The translations under genes and the position numbers were made by a program. From Octopus vulgaris (taxonomy: Eukaryota), in assembly GCA_951406725.2 (NCBI GenBank), contig OX597839.1:28768001-28832000 (forward strand): a DNA stretch of 64,000 nt, in the 5' to 3' direction. Under the pieces are notes generated by a model. That model did no database searches. It saw nothing but the letters and a program-made list of their open reading frames with translations, and was not told the origin of the DNA. Each line of letters starts with the position of its first letter. The first letter of the stretch is position 1. Below, one piece after another: positions 23,965 to 36,425 of the stretch.

Positions 23965-25171
23965 AGACTAGAGAAAGAGAGGATGGGAGACGGTGGAAGA
24001 GAGAGAGACGATGGCGGTGAGGGTAACAAAACGCGAAAGAAGTGGGAGAGAAAGAAAGTATGGGGGAGAGAGAGAGGGCTTGATGAAAGATTTTGACTGA
24101 CAGGGGCTAAACAGACGACCGTTAAATGTTAGAGGCAGACGAGGAGAGAGAGGGAGAGAGACAGTACAAAGAGTAGAGAGAAAGAGAGAGTGAGACAGAG
24201 AGTAGAGTGAGACACAGAGAGTGAGAGAGGGCATAAAAAAGACAGAGAGGTCATAGAAAGAGAGAGAGAGGGCATAGAAAGAGAGAGAGAGAGGGCGTAG
24301 AAAGAGAGAGTAGAGTGAGACAGAGAGAGAGAGAGAGAGGGCATAGTAAGAGGGAGAGAGTGAGAGAGATATAGAGTTGAAGATGGATAAAAGGACAGAA
24401 AGAAAGAAGTGGGGAGATAGAGTGAGGGAATAAAGGAAGCAAAATGGCAGAAAGGTGAAAAGGAAGAGGAAGAAAGAAGTAAAGGAAAGAAGAAAGAAAA
24501 GAGTAGAAAACATAAGGAATGAAAAAGAGAAAGAAAAGCAAAAAGGCTGACGAAAAAAAAACTTAACTAGAAATGCAGAGAATGGGAGAAAGAGGATAGT
24601 GAGAGTGGGAGCGAGAAACAGAGAGAGAATGACAGAAAGAGAGGGGAAGAGAAAAAGAGAGAGGGGGTGGGAGTAGAAACATACCCACACCCCAACCCAA
24701 ATTCAGCAAGTCACCCACTTTCCCTTCGTCTTAAAGAAATTGGATGAAACAGGCGTGAAAGGATGCGATGAAGACGAGGTTTTAGGGATGGAATTGAAAG
24801 GTGTTTTCAAAAATAGATTAAAGAGGGTGGGAGGGGGGGAATTAATCGCTAACAGCAGTAAATGGGGAGATTAATTAGAAACAACACACACACACACGCA
24901 CACCTTATATATATTTGGTGGATACCCATAGGTAGGTAGGTAGGTAGGTAGATTGGTGCGCAGGGAGGTAGATAAACAAACAGACAGACAGATAGGTAGA
25001 CAGAGAGACAGGCAGGCAGTCAGATAGATACAGATATGTAGGTAGAGATAGATAGATAGATAGATAGACAGATAGATAGATGTAGAGGGAGAGAGAGAGA
25101 GAGATAAATAGACAGATATGTAGGTAGAGATAGATAGATATAGAGGGAGAGAGAGAGAGAGATAAATAGAC

Positions 25172-25204
<33 letters not shown>

Positions 25205-25281
25205 TAGAGGGAGAGAGAGAGAGAGAGATAAATAGACAGATAGATAGATAGATATAGAGGGAGAGAGAGAGATAAATAGAC

Positions 25282-25318
<37 letters not shown>

Positions 25319-25510
25319 TATAGAGGGAGAGAGAGAGAGAGATAACTAGACAGATAGATAGATAGATAGACAGATAGATATAGAGGGAGAGAGAGAGAGA
25401 TAAATATAGAGGAGATAGAGAGAAAGAGAGAGATGATAAGATAGAGAGATGGATAGATAGATATAGGGGAGAGAGAGAGATGGATTGATAGATAGATAGA
25501 TAGATGGAAA
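23965..25510. repeat. Purine-rich (AG)n / (AGAT)n / (AGAC)n low-complexity block
   Basis: Directly visible. Confidence 0.85.
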
Positions 25511-25677
25511 GACACGATAGTAATGAGTGTGTATGTAAGTTTAAGAAAGAAATTTAAATATGTCTATATTATAGAAAGGTATATTCGTATGCATGAGTGG
25601 TTACATTTCTCAAGTATGTGTGTGTGTGAGCGCTATAACGGGAATATTTTTGTGTCACGTATTGCCTGATGTGTATA

Positions 25678-25870
25678 TGGGGTGGTATCAAAAAGTTTCC
25701 GGACTTGTTCTGTAGCGCGCCAACAGATGGCAGCACACGGTTGTGTGCGCAGCGAGAGCTAACAGTAGCCTTCACGAGACAGTGTGCCGACTGACATCAC
25801 TGTATTTACTTCGTAAGTTGTGAAATTTGTGGTTTTGTGGTCACGTGTGTGCTGTAGTCAATGATTTCTG
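25678..25870 (+). mobile_element. Mariner-like transposon end fragment
   Basis: After TA-rich sequence, ggggtggtatcaaaaagtttccggact resembles a mariner TIR; no partner TIR found. Confidence 0.5.
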
Positions 25871-26140
25871 TGCCCGATAAAACGTGACGTTTATGCTGCA
25901 TGCTGATTGGTCAAAATCGTATTTGAAAACGTCAGCTTGTCGGAGCCTCCTTCTAAGAGGTATAAACAGGAACAAGTCAGTCATTTTACTACAGTTGTCA
26001 AGCACTCAACTCAACTGTCATTTAATACATTTTGAAATCTGATGATTACTACAAACGTATGAAAGTGCTAATTGATGTTTATAGACATTACAACATAGTT
26101 ATTTTAATGTTTAAGCTCACTTGAACAGTATTAAAAAATT

Positions 26141-26234
<94 letters not shown>

Positions 26235-26591
26235 CACACATATAGGTGCAGGCATGGCTGTGTGGTAAGAAACTTGCTTCCCAACCACATGGTTCCTGGT
26301 TCAGTCCCACTGTGTGGCATCTTGGGTGAGTGTCTTCTACTTTAGCTCGTGATGGTTAAAACCTTGTGAGTGAATTTGGTCGACGGAAACTGGAAGAAGC
26401 CCGTCGCTCGTGTATGTGTGTATAATTTATATATATATATATATATAGCAATAAAAAAAATGGAGGAGATCAATAGGTGGTTCATCAACTTTTAGACATT
26501 ATATTATGTTAACTTATTTATTTACTAAACTGATAATTACAATAATATACATACATATAACATATTATGTTTTACATATAAGATATAAGAT

Positions 26592-27297
26592 CATCATGGC
26601 TCGGCTTCGCGAACGAAGATCAGGAAGGCTGTCCACGTTGCGTGCATGCATGCTCATGACTGACAAGTCCGATATGGGAAAGGCAGGTCCATGAGCAGTG
26701 TACACAGACGAAGGTAACATCCGGTGTGGTGTCAGAGGCGGCTCGCGCCTTCCTCCTGCGTTTCTTGTCTTTAAGTGCGTCTCTTCTTTGTTCCTCAAAC
26801 TTGCTGACTGCGTTGAAGATCGTGTGGCGCCAGACATCACGGTCCGCAGCCAGGTCTGACCAGCATTGGTGGTTAATTTGACATGCTGTTAGAGACTTCT
26901 TGAGGCAGTCTTTGTAGCGCTTCCTCGGAGCTCCTCTCACTCGGTGGCGGTGGAGAGTTCGCCAAACGGCAATCTTTGGAAGGCGATGGTTCTCCATTCT
27001 GGTGACATGCCCTGCCCATCGGAGGTGGGACTTCAGTAGCATGGCTTCAATGCTGGGGATCTCGGCCCGCTCCAAGACTTCAATGTTTGTGACGAAATCA
27101 CTCCAGTGAATGTTGAGGATGGTGTGGAGACATCGTTGGTGGAAGCGCTCGAGGAGACGCATGTGACTGCGGTAAGTGATCCAGATCTCTGAGACGTAGA
27201 GAAGAGTGGTGAGAACCACGGCCCTGTAGACACTGATCTTTGTTTTGTTCTTCAGGTTATTATTGTGCCAAGCACGTTTGTACAATCGTGTTTGGCA
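26592..27297 (-). mobile_element. 5'-truncated RTE/BovB-type LINE (post-RT C-terminus)
   Basis: TKISVYRAVVLTTLLY.SE.W...RFHQRCL..IL.I.W...LRWAGHV.RM...RLPK...CxxC...SHIGLVSHEHAC; (TGA)n-like tail; 12-bp TSD aagatataagat at 26580-26591 and 27298-27309. Confidence 0.93.
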
Positions 27298-28229
27298 AAG
27301 ATATAAGATATGAAATATAGTTATATATAAGGATACCATGAATATATATATTGTTTGAAAGATTATGGTTTATATTCTGTGTATTTTTCTTTCCTTTTTT
27401 TTATCGCGACCCACTGAAGGGTCACAGTCCACAGTTTGAGAAACGCTGGTTTACAAGCTTCGGTTACAAAGTATTCTAGCGCACATTGTATAGAGTTCTG
27501 TAAGCATTGGTCCTCTCCTCCTTTTCTCTGTCTTTGATTCATTTGGTGGTGGTTTGGGTTGAGGGAGATGAGGGACGACGAGGATACAGAAATCTATGAG
27601 AGACGAGAGCGGAGAGGAAAGCGGTCCAGAAGGTTGAGAAAGAGGCAGGGTGAGGGGGATGGGGAGAAGGGAGAGGGAGACAGAGAGAGAAAGGGAAAGG
27701 AAGAGGGAGAGACAGAAAACAGACAGACAGAGGGAGGGAGGGAGAGAGAAGGGACGGAGAGGGGTGAGAGAAAAGGAAACGGGAGACAGACAGACAGACA
27801 GACAGTGGAGTGAGAGATTTGAAGGGTAGAAACAGTAATTAGTTGCTAAAATAACCAAACCAATTCACAAATAATAAGGAAGTGAAATCGAACCAATGCG
27901 TGTTATTAATGGTGTGATGATCCTCCCGAAATACAACAACAACAGCAACAAAGTTTTTAAAACTAAATTAACAACGGTGGGACGGAAGTACCGTTACATG
28001 GTCGGTCAATCTGCTAGAAATAGTAGTCAAATGCTGCTTATATCACACTCAAACGAGTGACAAGTCAAGTTTCTCTCAAATCATCTTTTTACTCTTTTCT
28101 TCTACTTCGTCTTCCTCCTCCTTTTCTTTTTCTTTTCCTCCTCCCCCCTTTACATCCTGCTCCTGCTCTTTCTTCCTCTTCCTTCTTTAAATTCTACGTT
28201 AAACAAATGATTCTTAAACTGACAGAGTT

Positions 28230-28540
28230 CAACCACCACCGCCATCACCACCACCACAACTACCACCACCACCACCACCGCTACCACCGCCATCACAACT
28301 ACCACCACCACCACCACTGCCACCACCACCACCACCACCAACACAACTACCACCACCACCGCCGCCACTGCCACCGCTACCACCGCCATCACCACCACCA
28401 CAACTGCCACCACCACCGCCATCACCACCAACACAACTACCACCACCACCATTTCCACCACCACAACTACCACCATGACTGCCACCGCCATCACCACCAC
28501 ATCCACTACCACCACCACCACCACCATTAACAACAACAAA
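28230..28540. repeat. (CAC)n-type microsatellite
   Basis: Directly visible; source of the poly-His ORF. Confidence 0.9.
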
Positions 28541-28764
28541 ATGCTAATGAAATTTTCTGCCCCTCCCCTCTTTTCTTAATCAGCAAACAAAATAAACTTT
28601 GCAACGAAACAATTCTTCCTTCTTCGCCATGACGTTGGACAAGCTTTAAAAAAATAAGTCGAAAAACCATCTTATTTTCATTAAATATGACAATTGCTCC
28701 ACCACCGTTGTTTTTCTAATCCTTGCAGCGCCCCCTATGTGAAACACTGGGCTGCGTCGTCATT

Positions 28765-29110
28765 CATCATCATCATCATCATCGTTTAACGTCCGTTTTC
28801 GTGCTAGCATGGGTTGGACGGTTCAACTGGGGTCTGGGAAGCCAGAAGGCTGCACCAGGCCCAGTCTGATCTGGCAGTGTTTCTACAGCTGGATGCCCTT
28901 CCTAACGCCAACCACTCCGAGAGTGTAGTGGGTGCTTTTTATGTGCCACCGACACAGGTGCCAGACGAGGCTGGCAAACGGCCACGATCGGATGGTGCTT
29001 TTTACGTGCCACCGGCTCGGAGGCCAGTCGGGGCGGCGCTGGCAACGGCCACGTTCGGACGGTTCTCTTACGTGCCACCGGCATTGGTATCTCAGCTACA
29101 ATTTCCATTG
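28765..29110 (-). mobile_element. SINE-like family D with (ATG)n tail and internal gtgccggtggcacgtaaaaagcacc units
   Basis: catcgtttaacgtccgtttt...ggatgcccttcctaacgccaaccactcc; at least 6 copies in the window. Confidence 0.8.
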
Positions 29111-29357
29111 ATGTTGACTAGTGAAATACTCAACGTTTCAACTTGTTTCGGTCATTTGACTGCGGCCATGCTAGAGCATTGCTTTGAAAGGCTTAATCGA
29201 ACAAATCGACTCGTAGGGCGTGTCTTCGTTGCCTTTTTCCGAACTGCTAGATGACGGGATCGAAACCAAACCAACACCGGTTGTCAAGTGGTGGTGATGG
29301 AACGAACACAAATATACACACCCATATATATTCTTTCATTCTCTTTCTTGTTTAGAG

Positions 29358-29409
<52 letters not shown>

Positions 29410-29412
<3 letters not shown>

Positions 29413-29653
29413 CCAAGCAGGAATATCACTCCGTCGAAGAACCACTGTCCACAAACAACAAATCCGCCCCACCCACAATACAGACATATACAGGTTAAGT
29501 GAACACATAGAAAAGTGTGCTAGGAATCTTAATTCTAATTTCCTAATTTTCCCCTTCTATCAATGTTCACAAAACACCTCAGTACAACAAAGAATGAATA
29601 AAGAGGCAACTCTCATCAATAAATATCTTCCCCAACTCAATATAAACACATAA
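29410..29653 (+). pseudogene. Penelope-like element GIY-YIG endonuclease C-terminal fragment
   Basis: Y(S)QAGISLRRRTTVHKQQIR...LSEHIEKCA...FLIFPFYQC...RMNKEATLINKYLPQLN matches the YIGqT..L..R..xH...R..kE..I...P.LN pattern of PLE endonucleases. Confidence 0.85.
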
Positions 29654-29985
29654 CATAATACCGAACACTCCTAACCTTTCAATTAATACCACTAACCCCT
29701 ATACATCCCATTACACCATTCACATTACAGATCTATATCTACCCTAATTGCACCAAATCCAGAATTACTTACCTCCCTTACTTATAATCTTTTTACTCAG
29801 AGACTAGTAGACGTGACACCGTTCAGTAATCGGTGTGCATTGAAAGCAATGATTAGTAATTTTATGAAACCGGTATGCTTTTAAATCTCTTTAACAATTC
29901 ACAATAATGACTTTTATTACTTTTATTCCTACCTCAGTTCATCTAATTATATGAATATCTATCGTTACTTTTCATAAAAAAGCCT
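29654..29985 (+). mobile_element. PLE 3' terminal region with a degenerate hammerhead (29837-29878)
   Basis: gca-tTGAAAG...GAAA-CCGG-TA-tgc directly downstream of the GIY-YIG stop. Confidence 0.6.
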
Positions 29986-30115
29986 TTACATTTTCGATTT
30001 CCAATGTGCATTTTCATTTATTTTTCTTCTTACTTTCCCCTTAAATTTCCACTTGTAGTCTCTATTTTCTTTTCGTAACATATTTCTATTATATATGTGT
30101 ATGTGTGTGCGTATA

Positions 30116-30157
<42 letters not shown>

Positions 30158-30214
30158 GGCGGTGCCCCAGCATGGCCACAGCTCATAAGCTGAAACTAGA
30201 ATCAATCAATCAAT

Positions 30215-30280
<66 letters not shown>

Positions 30281-30693
30281 ACATACACACATGTATAAGT
30301 ATATATATGTATGTATGTATGCATGCATACATACATGCATACACACATACATACACATATACATACACACATATACACACATACATACAAACATACATAC
30401 ATACACTACTTATCAGTGAGTCTAGAAGCTAATACTTATGTCTTACTTAACATCGTTCTCTCTTACCGAATACGAAAAAACCGCTAATGTCAATTACCCA
30501 CTTCTCTTGGTAAATGTTAGAACATATCTTTGATGAATCAGACGCACAGACAGATGTGTATACTCAAACAAACAAACAAACAAACAAATGCATGCATAAA
30601 TAAATAAGTATCAGAGAAGCATGAAGTGTAAAGTGTTTCAATTTCGAGTGAGTCAAGTTCAAAGAGTTTGTTTGCGAGACGTTTAATTTGTTG

Positions 30694-30709
30694 CAATATG
30701 GCGGTGAGA
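30694..30709 (+). promoter_or_regulatory. YY1-type motif overlapping ATG and a splice donor (CAATATGGCG|GTGAGA)
   Basis: Motif lies in a short unique CpG-containing island (~30630-30760). Confidence 0.3.
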
Positions 30710-31144
30710 CATCGTCGAGAAATGACGATGGAGTGAGACGAGAAGGAAGTAGTTTGAAGTATTTAATGATTTTTTTGCTTTTAATATGGACTCGTTCTTC
30801 TTTTTTGTTCATTTGGTTATTGTTGTGGTTGATGTTGTTGTTGTTGTTTAGCCTATGCTCAAAGCTGTTCCAGCCGTGACCGTTCCCTCTTATCTGTCTT
30901 TTATTTGCAGGCTGTGGAAGAGCATTATCGAAGGTGTCCTGCCTTCTTTTATCTTTTGTATCTTTTACATGTTTCAAGCATTGGATTGCGGCCATACTGG
31001 GGCACCATCTTGAAGATTTTTAGTCTAACAAATCGCTCTCAGTACTAATATTTCTTTTAAATTTGATACTTTCTCTATCAGTCGCTCCTACCAAACGCTA
31101 AGTAACAGGGACGCAAAGTTACAAACCAACACCGGTTAGCAACT

Positions 31145-31185
31145 TATATATATATATTGTATATATACATATATATCGTATATAT

Positions 31186-31227
<42 letters not shown>

Positions 31228-31520
31228 ATATATATTTCATATATATGTTGCATATATACATATATATTGCATATATATGTTGTATATATACATATATTGC
31301 ATATATATATTGTATATATACATATATATTGCATATATACTGTATATATTGCATATATATATTGTATATATACATATATATTGTATATATTGTATATATA
31401 CATATATATTGTATATATTGCATATATATATTGTATGTATACATATATATTGTATATATTGCATATATATATATTATATATATATCGCATATATATATAT
31501 ATTTGTATATATTGCTATTT
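31145..31520. repeat. TA-rich minisatellite (tatattg(c/t)ata units)
   Basis: Directly visible. Confidence 0.85.
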
Positions 31521-31531
31521 ATACATCCTAG

Positions 31532-31729
31532 CTCACTTCCGCTGTTTAAAGCAGTGCCAGGAAGGAAGGTGTGTAGCGTGTGATCATAAGCAGTGGAAGC
31601 GAACTAGAACGTTAAAACTTAGTGGCATGCACAGCAAAGTTCATAGTTAATCTTTGCCAAGCCGTTTCATTCTGCAAACTTTAGCTTCGTTACTATGGCA
31701 GCAGTCCGGATACTTATTGATCAAACCTC
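31532..31729 (+). other. Candidate exon (5'UTR plus start MAAVRILIDQT, ATG at 31695)
   Basis: Unique island bounded by catcctAG| and |GTATGT; actATGG Kozak context; no downstream coding exon identified. Confidence 0.3.
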
Positions 31730-31784
31730 GTATGTAAATATATATATATATACACATACACACACATGTGTACACATACATATA

Positions 31785-32003
31785 TGAGGTGATGCAGAAA
31801 AGCTTCTGGCTTTGAATAAAAGAAAATATAGGAGGATCAGTTAATTATGATTTTATTCAACATATTCCCCTCTCAAATTCACTCACTTATTGTAGGGTTC
31901 CTTCAGTTTTTCTAAACCCTCCAAAAGAACTCCAAATGTTGAGCACCACCAACCAGGCCTTTTGCGATACCCTGAAAACCAGGAACTTTTCAGCACGCCC
32001 TCC
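31785..32003. mobile_element. Mariner-type MITE
   Basis: TA-flanked imperfect TIRs tgaggtgatgcagaaaagcttctggc / ccaggaacttttcagcacgccctcc. Confidence 0.7.
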
Positions 32004-32044
32004 TATATACATATACACATATATATATATATAATCGAAATCAA

Positions 32045-32668
32045 ATTCGATGACTGGCATCCGTGCTAGTGGAGCACTAAGAATACCTATTTCTTTATTG
32101 CCCACAAGGGGCTAAACATAGAGGGGACAAGCAAGGACAGACATAGGTATTAAGTCGATTACATCGACCCCAGTGCGTAACTGGTACTTAATTTATCGAC
32201 CCCGAAAGGATGAACGGTAAAGTCGACCTCGGCTAAGAATACCATATGAGTGAAATCGTTGCCAGAGCAACAAGCTGGCCTCTGTGCCGATGGCATGTAA
32301 AAGACACCATTTGAGTGTGATCAATACCTGCGTCACCTTACTAGCACTTGTGCTGGTAGCATGTGAAAAAACATTCGAGCGAGGTCGTTGCCAGTGCCGC
32401 TGGACTGGCTCCTGTGCAGGTGGCACATAGAAAGCACTAATTGTGTGTGGCCGTTGCCAGTACTGTCTGAACAGCCCTCGTGCTGGTGGCACGTAAAAGC
32501 ATCCACTATACTCTCGGAGTGGTTGGCGTTAGGAAGGGCATCCAGCTGTAGAAACTCTGCCAGATCAGACTGGAGTCTGGTGCACCCATTTGGTTTGCCA
32601 GTCCTCAATCAAATCGTCCAACCCATGCTAGCATGGAAAGCAGACGTTAAACGATGATGATGATGATG

Positions 32669-32670
<2 letters not shown>
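32045..32670 (+). mobile_element. Family D element interrupted by an inverted family B fragment (~32088-32232)
   Basis: ctaagaatacc is duplicated on both sides of the insert; tail gttaaacgatgatgatg. Confidence 0.8.
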
Positions 32671-32699
<29 letters not shown>

Positions 32700-33619
32700 T
32701 ACACATACACACATGCACATAAAATTGATTAATATTTATACCCTCCATTGCATGCATTAGAAATCCCGAGATATATCTGAAATCTTTAAACTTACGGATT
32801 TAACTCTTTCCTTTTCGTTTCAACTTCCAACAGACGCAAACTACGTCTTGTTATCTCTTTATGGGCAGAAGGAATAACAGAACCCTTGTTTTCTCATAAG
32901 CACTGGTTAACAAACCGTGAAATACTTTAGAAAAATCTCTGATGTTTTTGCTGAACGTTTTACAGTGGAAGGCTTAAAAACTGTGGTTTATTTAATTGAA
33001 AATTATCTTAGCTTTACTTATGCATCGTCTGGCAGTATGTAAATATTTATATATTATTTAATCACATCGCTAACGAATATGCTGTCTGTATATTTAGTAT
33101 AAGTGTTACATCTGAGCGTGAGTTTGTGTTTGTTTTAAATAGTGATTAGCTATCAGTTTTCTTCATGAGTAGAGGAAGGACAGGGTATATGTTACGTGAG
33201 GAGGAGTCAATGAGCCATGCAGCACATCCGAACAGTCTCTTCTTTTATTTCCTGTCAGGCTGTCTGTGGAGGCATTTTATTTAGTGGTTAGGGCTGTTGC
33301 CCTCATGATCAAGATTGTGGTTTTGATTCCTGGTCTGGGCAATGTGTCATGTTTTGGGGCAAAAACACTTCGTTTCATGTCGCTTCAGTCCACTTGGCTG
33401 ACAAAAACTAGTAATCCCGCTATGGACCAACCTCTTCCCATGCCATACGCTCAGAAGGCTGGTTTCCTAAATGCACGTGGGGTATATATACACCACAGCA
33501 TCTAGGAAAACCAGCCGTCTGAGCGTTTGGCATGGGAAGGGGCTGTGACCCTGTTATTTATATCTATCTATCTGCAGTCTGAAATGTGTAAAAGAATAAA
33601 CAAAATATGGATTGAAACT

Positions 33620-34372
33620 TCTGGCGATTTTCTGTGCTTGAGAAGACATGTCAAGCTAAGTAAAATTGTGGGTGTCGTTGTATATGGGCATGTCCCATAC
33701 ACCCCTCTTCAGCTGAATGATCTTAACCTTGTGGCTTCGTGGGTGCTGGTGTCACGCAAAAAGGGCCTGTACCAGTGCCACTTAGCAAGCATCTGTGCTG
33801 GTGCCATGTAACAAGTAGCCATGCTGGTGTCACATTAAAAAGCACCCATACTGGTCCCACATAAAAAGCTGGTACCATGTAAATAGCACCCGTGCCGGTG
33901 CCACGTAAAAGGCACCCGTGCTGGTGCAATGTAAATAGCACCCGTCCTGGTGCCATGTAAATAGCAACTGTGCTGGTGCCATGTAAGAAGCACCCATGCT
34001 GGTCCCACATAAATAACGCCCATGCCGGTGTCACATGAAATGCACCCATGCTGGTCCCACATAAATAACACCTGTGCTGGTGCCAACCCGTGATCGTGCC
34101 ACATAACAAGCACCTGAGCTAGCGTCACATAAAAAGCACCCATGCTGGTCCCATGTAAATAACATCTGTGCCAGTGCCAACCTGTGCTGGTGTCACATAA
34201 AAGTGCTGTGTCAGTGGCACGCAAAAGTACATGGCAGTGGCACAAGTGAAGTGCTTGGCATTAGGAAGGGCATCCAGCCTAAGTGACCATGCCAAAACAG
34301 ACATGGAGCCCGGACAGCTCTCCAGCTGTCCAACCCATGCCAGCATGGATAAAAGATGATGATGATGATGAT
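33620..34372 (+). mobile_element. Family D element with an expanded internal array of ~26-bp hairpin units (~33743-34240)
   Basis: Roughly 18-20 units of gtgctggtgccacgtaaaaagcaccc, then ggcattaggaagggcatccagc and an (ATG)n tail. Confidence 0.85.
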
Positions 34373-34481
34373 ATGCTAGGCTTCTTTCAGTTTCTATCTT
34401 CTAAATCCAGACATAAAGCTTCAGTTGGCTTTGGGGGCCATAGTAGAAGATACTTGCCCTAGGTTCCATGCAGCTATATAT

Positions 34482-34880
34482 ACTAAATAGCAGTATTGCC
34501 CGGCATTGCTCGGGTTTGTTTCGAACCTTTAGAATTGGAATTTTTGAAAAGTAAAAATTTTGCATTGTGTAGCTTGTTATTCTCTTTAAGTGAACATTTT
34601 TCTGGTTGAAATACACCGAAAAATGGCGATACAGCTGTCAAAAAATCGTAAAAAATAGGGATTTTCATAGAAAAATAAGCACCTTTTTGGTGTAAATAAT
34701 TTTTGGTGTTAACAATGGTCCGATTTGAATTTTTTTCTTCTACAGAAGGAAGAGCAAGCCTTCTTCTATCATACTCTCAATTTTAGTCAACTTGCACCGC
34801 AGGGTCTCAGAGGAGATAGTGTTAGTTGAAGGCTACCAAACCTGCCACACACAGACAACTTCAGCTTTATATAGAGAGAG
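34482..34880 (-). mobile_element. Non-autonomous Helitron-like element
   Basis: Minus strand starts TC(TC)n-tatataaagctgaagttgtctgtgtg and ends with hairpin cccgagcaatgccggg shortly before ...TAGT. Confidence 0.6.
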
Positions 34881-35257
34881 ATTAGAGTTCTTAAGCCTTT
34901 TGCCGTGGAGCTTTAAACAGATATAGATACACCTTGTTATTCTCTTCGTATGTTATCCTAATATGTCCCTTCTTTGTTTCAAGTCATCGCAGTTTGTGAT
35001 TTGAGGAAACTTCACTGCTATTTCTAACTGTCCAAGTGACCATGTGGAGGTCTCCCCTTCTATCCATTGCTTCTTATAATAAACGGGTGGTGTTAGAAGA
35101 CTATTATAAGTAGCTGTGGTTGACATGCTCTGCTAAATCTCTAAAGTCAACAGTTTTTATTGGTCCCACCCTGGTGGGGTTTCACTCGCAGATCCAGTTT
35201 CAGGATAATTTCGTCTGTTTTCTTTGAATGAGTTTGGAGAATAAAGTATCTCTATAT

Positions 35258-36005
35258 TGTTTCTTTCTTTCTTTCTTTCCGTTCTTTCTTTCTCTTCATT
35301 CTTTCTTTTCATTCTTTCTTTCTCTTCATTCTTTCTTTCCATTCTTTCTTTCTTTCTTTCTTTTTCCATTCTTTCTTTCTCTTCATTCTTTCTTTCTCAT
35401 TCTTTCTTTCTCTTCATTCTTTCTTTCCATTCTTTCTTTCTTTCTCTTCATTCTTTTTTCCATTCTTTCTTTCTTTCTTTCCATTCTTTCTTTCTTTCTT
35501 TCCATTCTTTCTTTCTTTCCATTCTTTCTTTTTTCCCATTCTTTCTTTTTTCATTCTTTCTTTCTTTCTTTCATTCTTTCTTTCTTTCTTTCTTTCCATT
35601 CTTTCTTTCTTTCATTCTTTCTTTCATTTTTTTTTTCCATTCTTTCTTTCTTTCATTCTTTCTTTCTTTCATTCTTTCTTTCTTCTATTCTTTCTTTCCA
35701 TTCTTTCTTTTTTTCCATTCTTTCTTTCTTTCTTTCCATTCTTTCTTTTTTTTCCATTCTTTCTTTCTTTCTTTCTTTCCATTCTTTCTTTCTTTCCATT
35801 CTTTCTCTTCATTTTTTCTTTTTTTCCATTCTTTCTTTCTCTTCATTCTTTCTTTCTTTTCATTCTTTCTTTCTCTTCATTCTTTCTTTCCATTCTTTCT
35901 TTCTTTCTCTTCATTCTTTCTTTCCATTCTTTCTTTCTTTCTTTTTTCCTTTTTTCCATTCTTTCTTTCTCTTCATTCTTTCTTTCTTTCTTTTTCATTC
36001 TTTAT
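35258..36005. repeat. ~750-bp (TTTC)n/(CATTC) polypyrimidine satellite
   Basis: Directly visible. Confidence 0.95.
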
Positions 36006-36014
36006 TTATTTATC

Positions 36015-36425
36015 TTTTACTTGTTTCAGTCATTTGACTGTGGCCATGCTGGGGCACTGCCTTGAAGGGCTTTAGTCAAACAAATCAACCCCCAGGACTT
36101 ATTTTTTTAATGCTTTAGAACTTATTCTATTGGTCTCTTTTGCAGAACTGCTAAGTTACAGGGATGTAAACACACTGGCACTGGTTGTCAAGCGGTGATG
36201 TCGGGGGTGGGGTGGGGGTGCAAACAGGCACAAAAAACACTCACACACACACACATATACAATGAGCTTCTTTCAGTTTCCATCTACCAACTCCACTCAC
36301 AAGTCTTTGGCCGGACCAAGGCTATAGTAGAAGACACTTGCCCAAGGTGTCACACTGTGGGACTGAACCTGGAACCATGTAGTACCATGGGGTTGGGACG
36401 CAAATTTCTGAACCACACCTCTGCA
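36015..36425 (-). mobile_element. SINE family A (CpG-decayed)
   Basis: Family A motifs with TG/CA at consensus CG sites. Confidence 0.85.

Noticed and set aside
28057-28530. His-rich ORF (cf. cephalopod histidine-rich beak proteins)
   Set aside because: A plain (CAC)n tract without the Gly/Ala-rich repeat pattern; equivalent tracts recur at 15.3 kb and 51.1 kb.
33743-34240. CRISPR array or repeat-protein CDS (ORFs 33723-34245)
   Set aside because: Units are contiguous with no unique spacers, 26 bp is not a codon multiple, and the array lies inside a family D element.
35228-36075. 269/272-aa Phe/Ser/Leu 'membrane protein' ORFs
   Set aside because: Translations of a (TTTC)n satellite.
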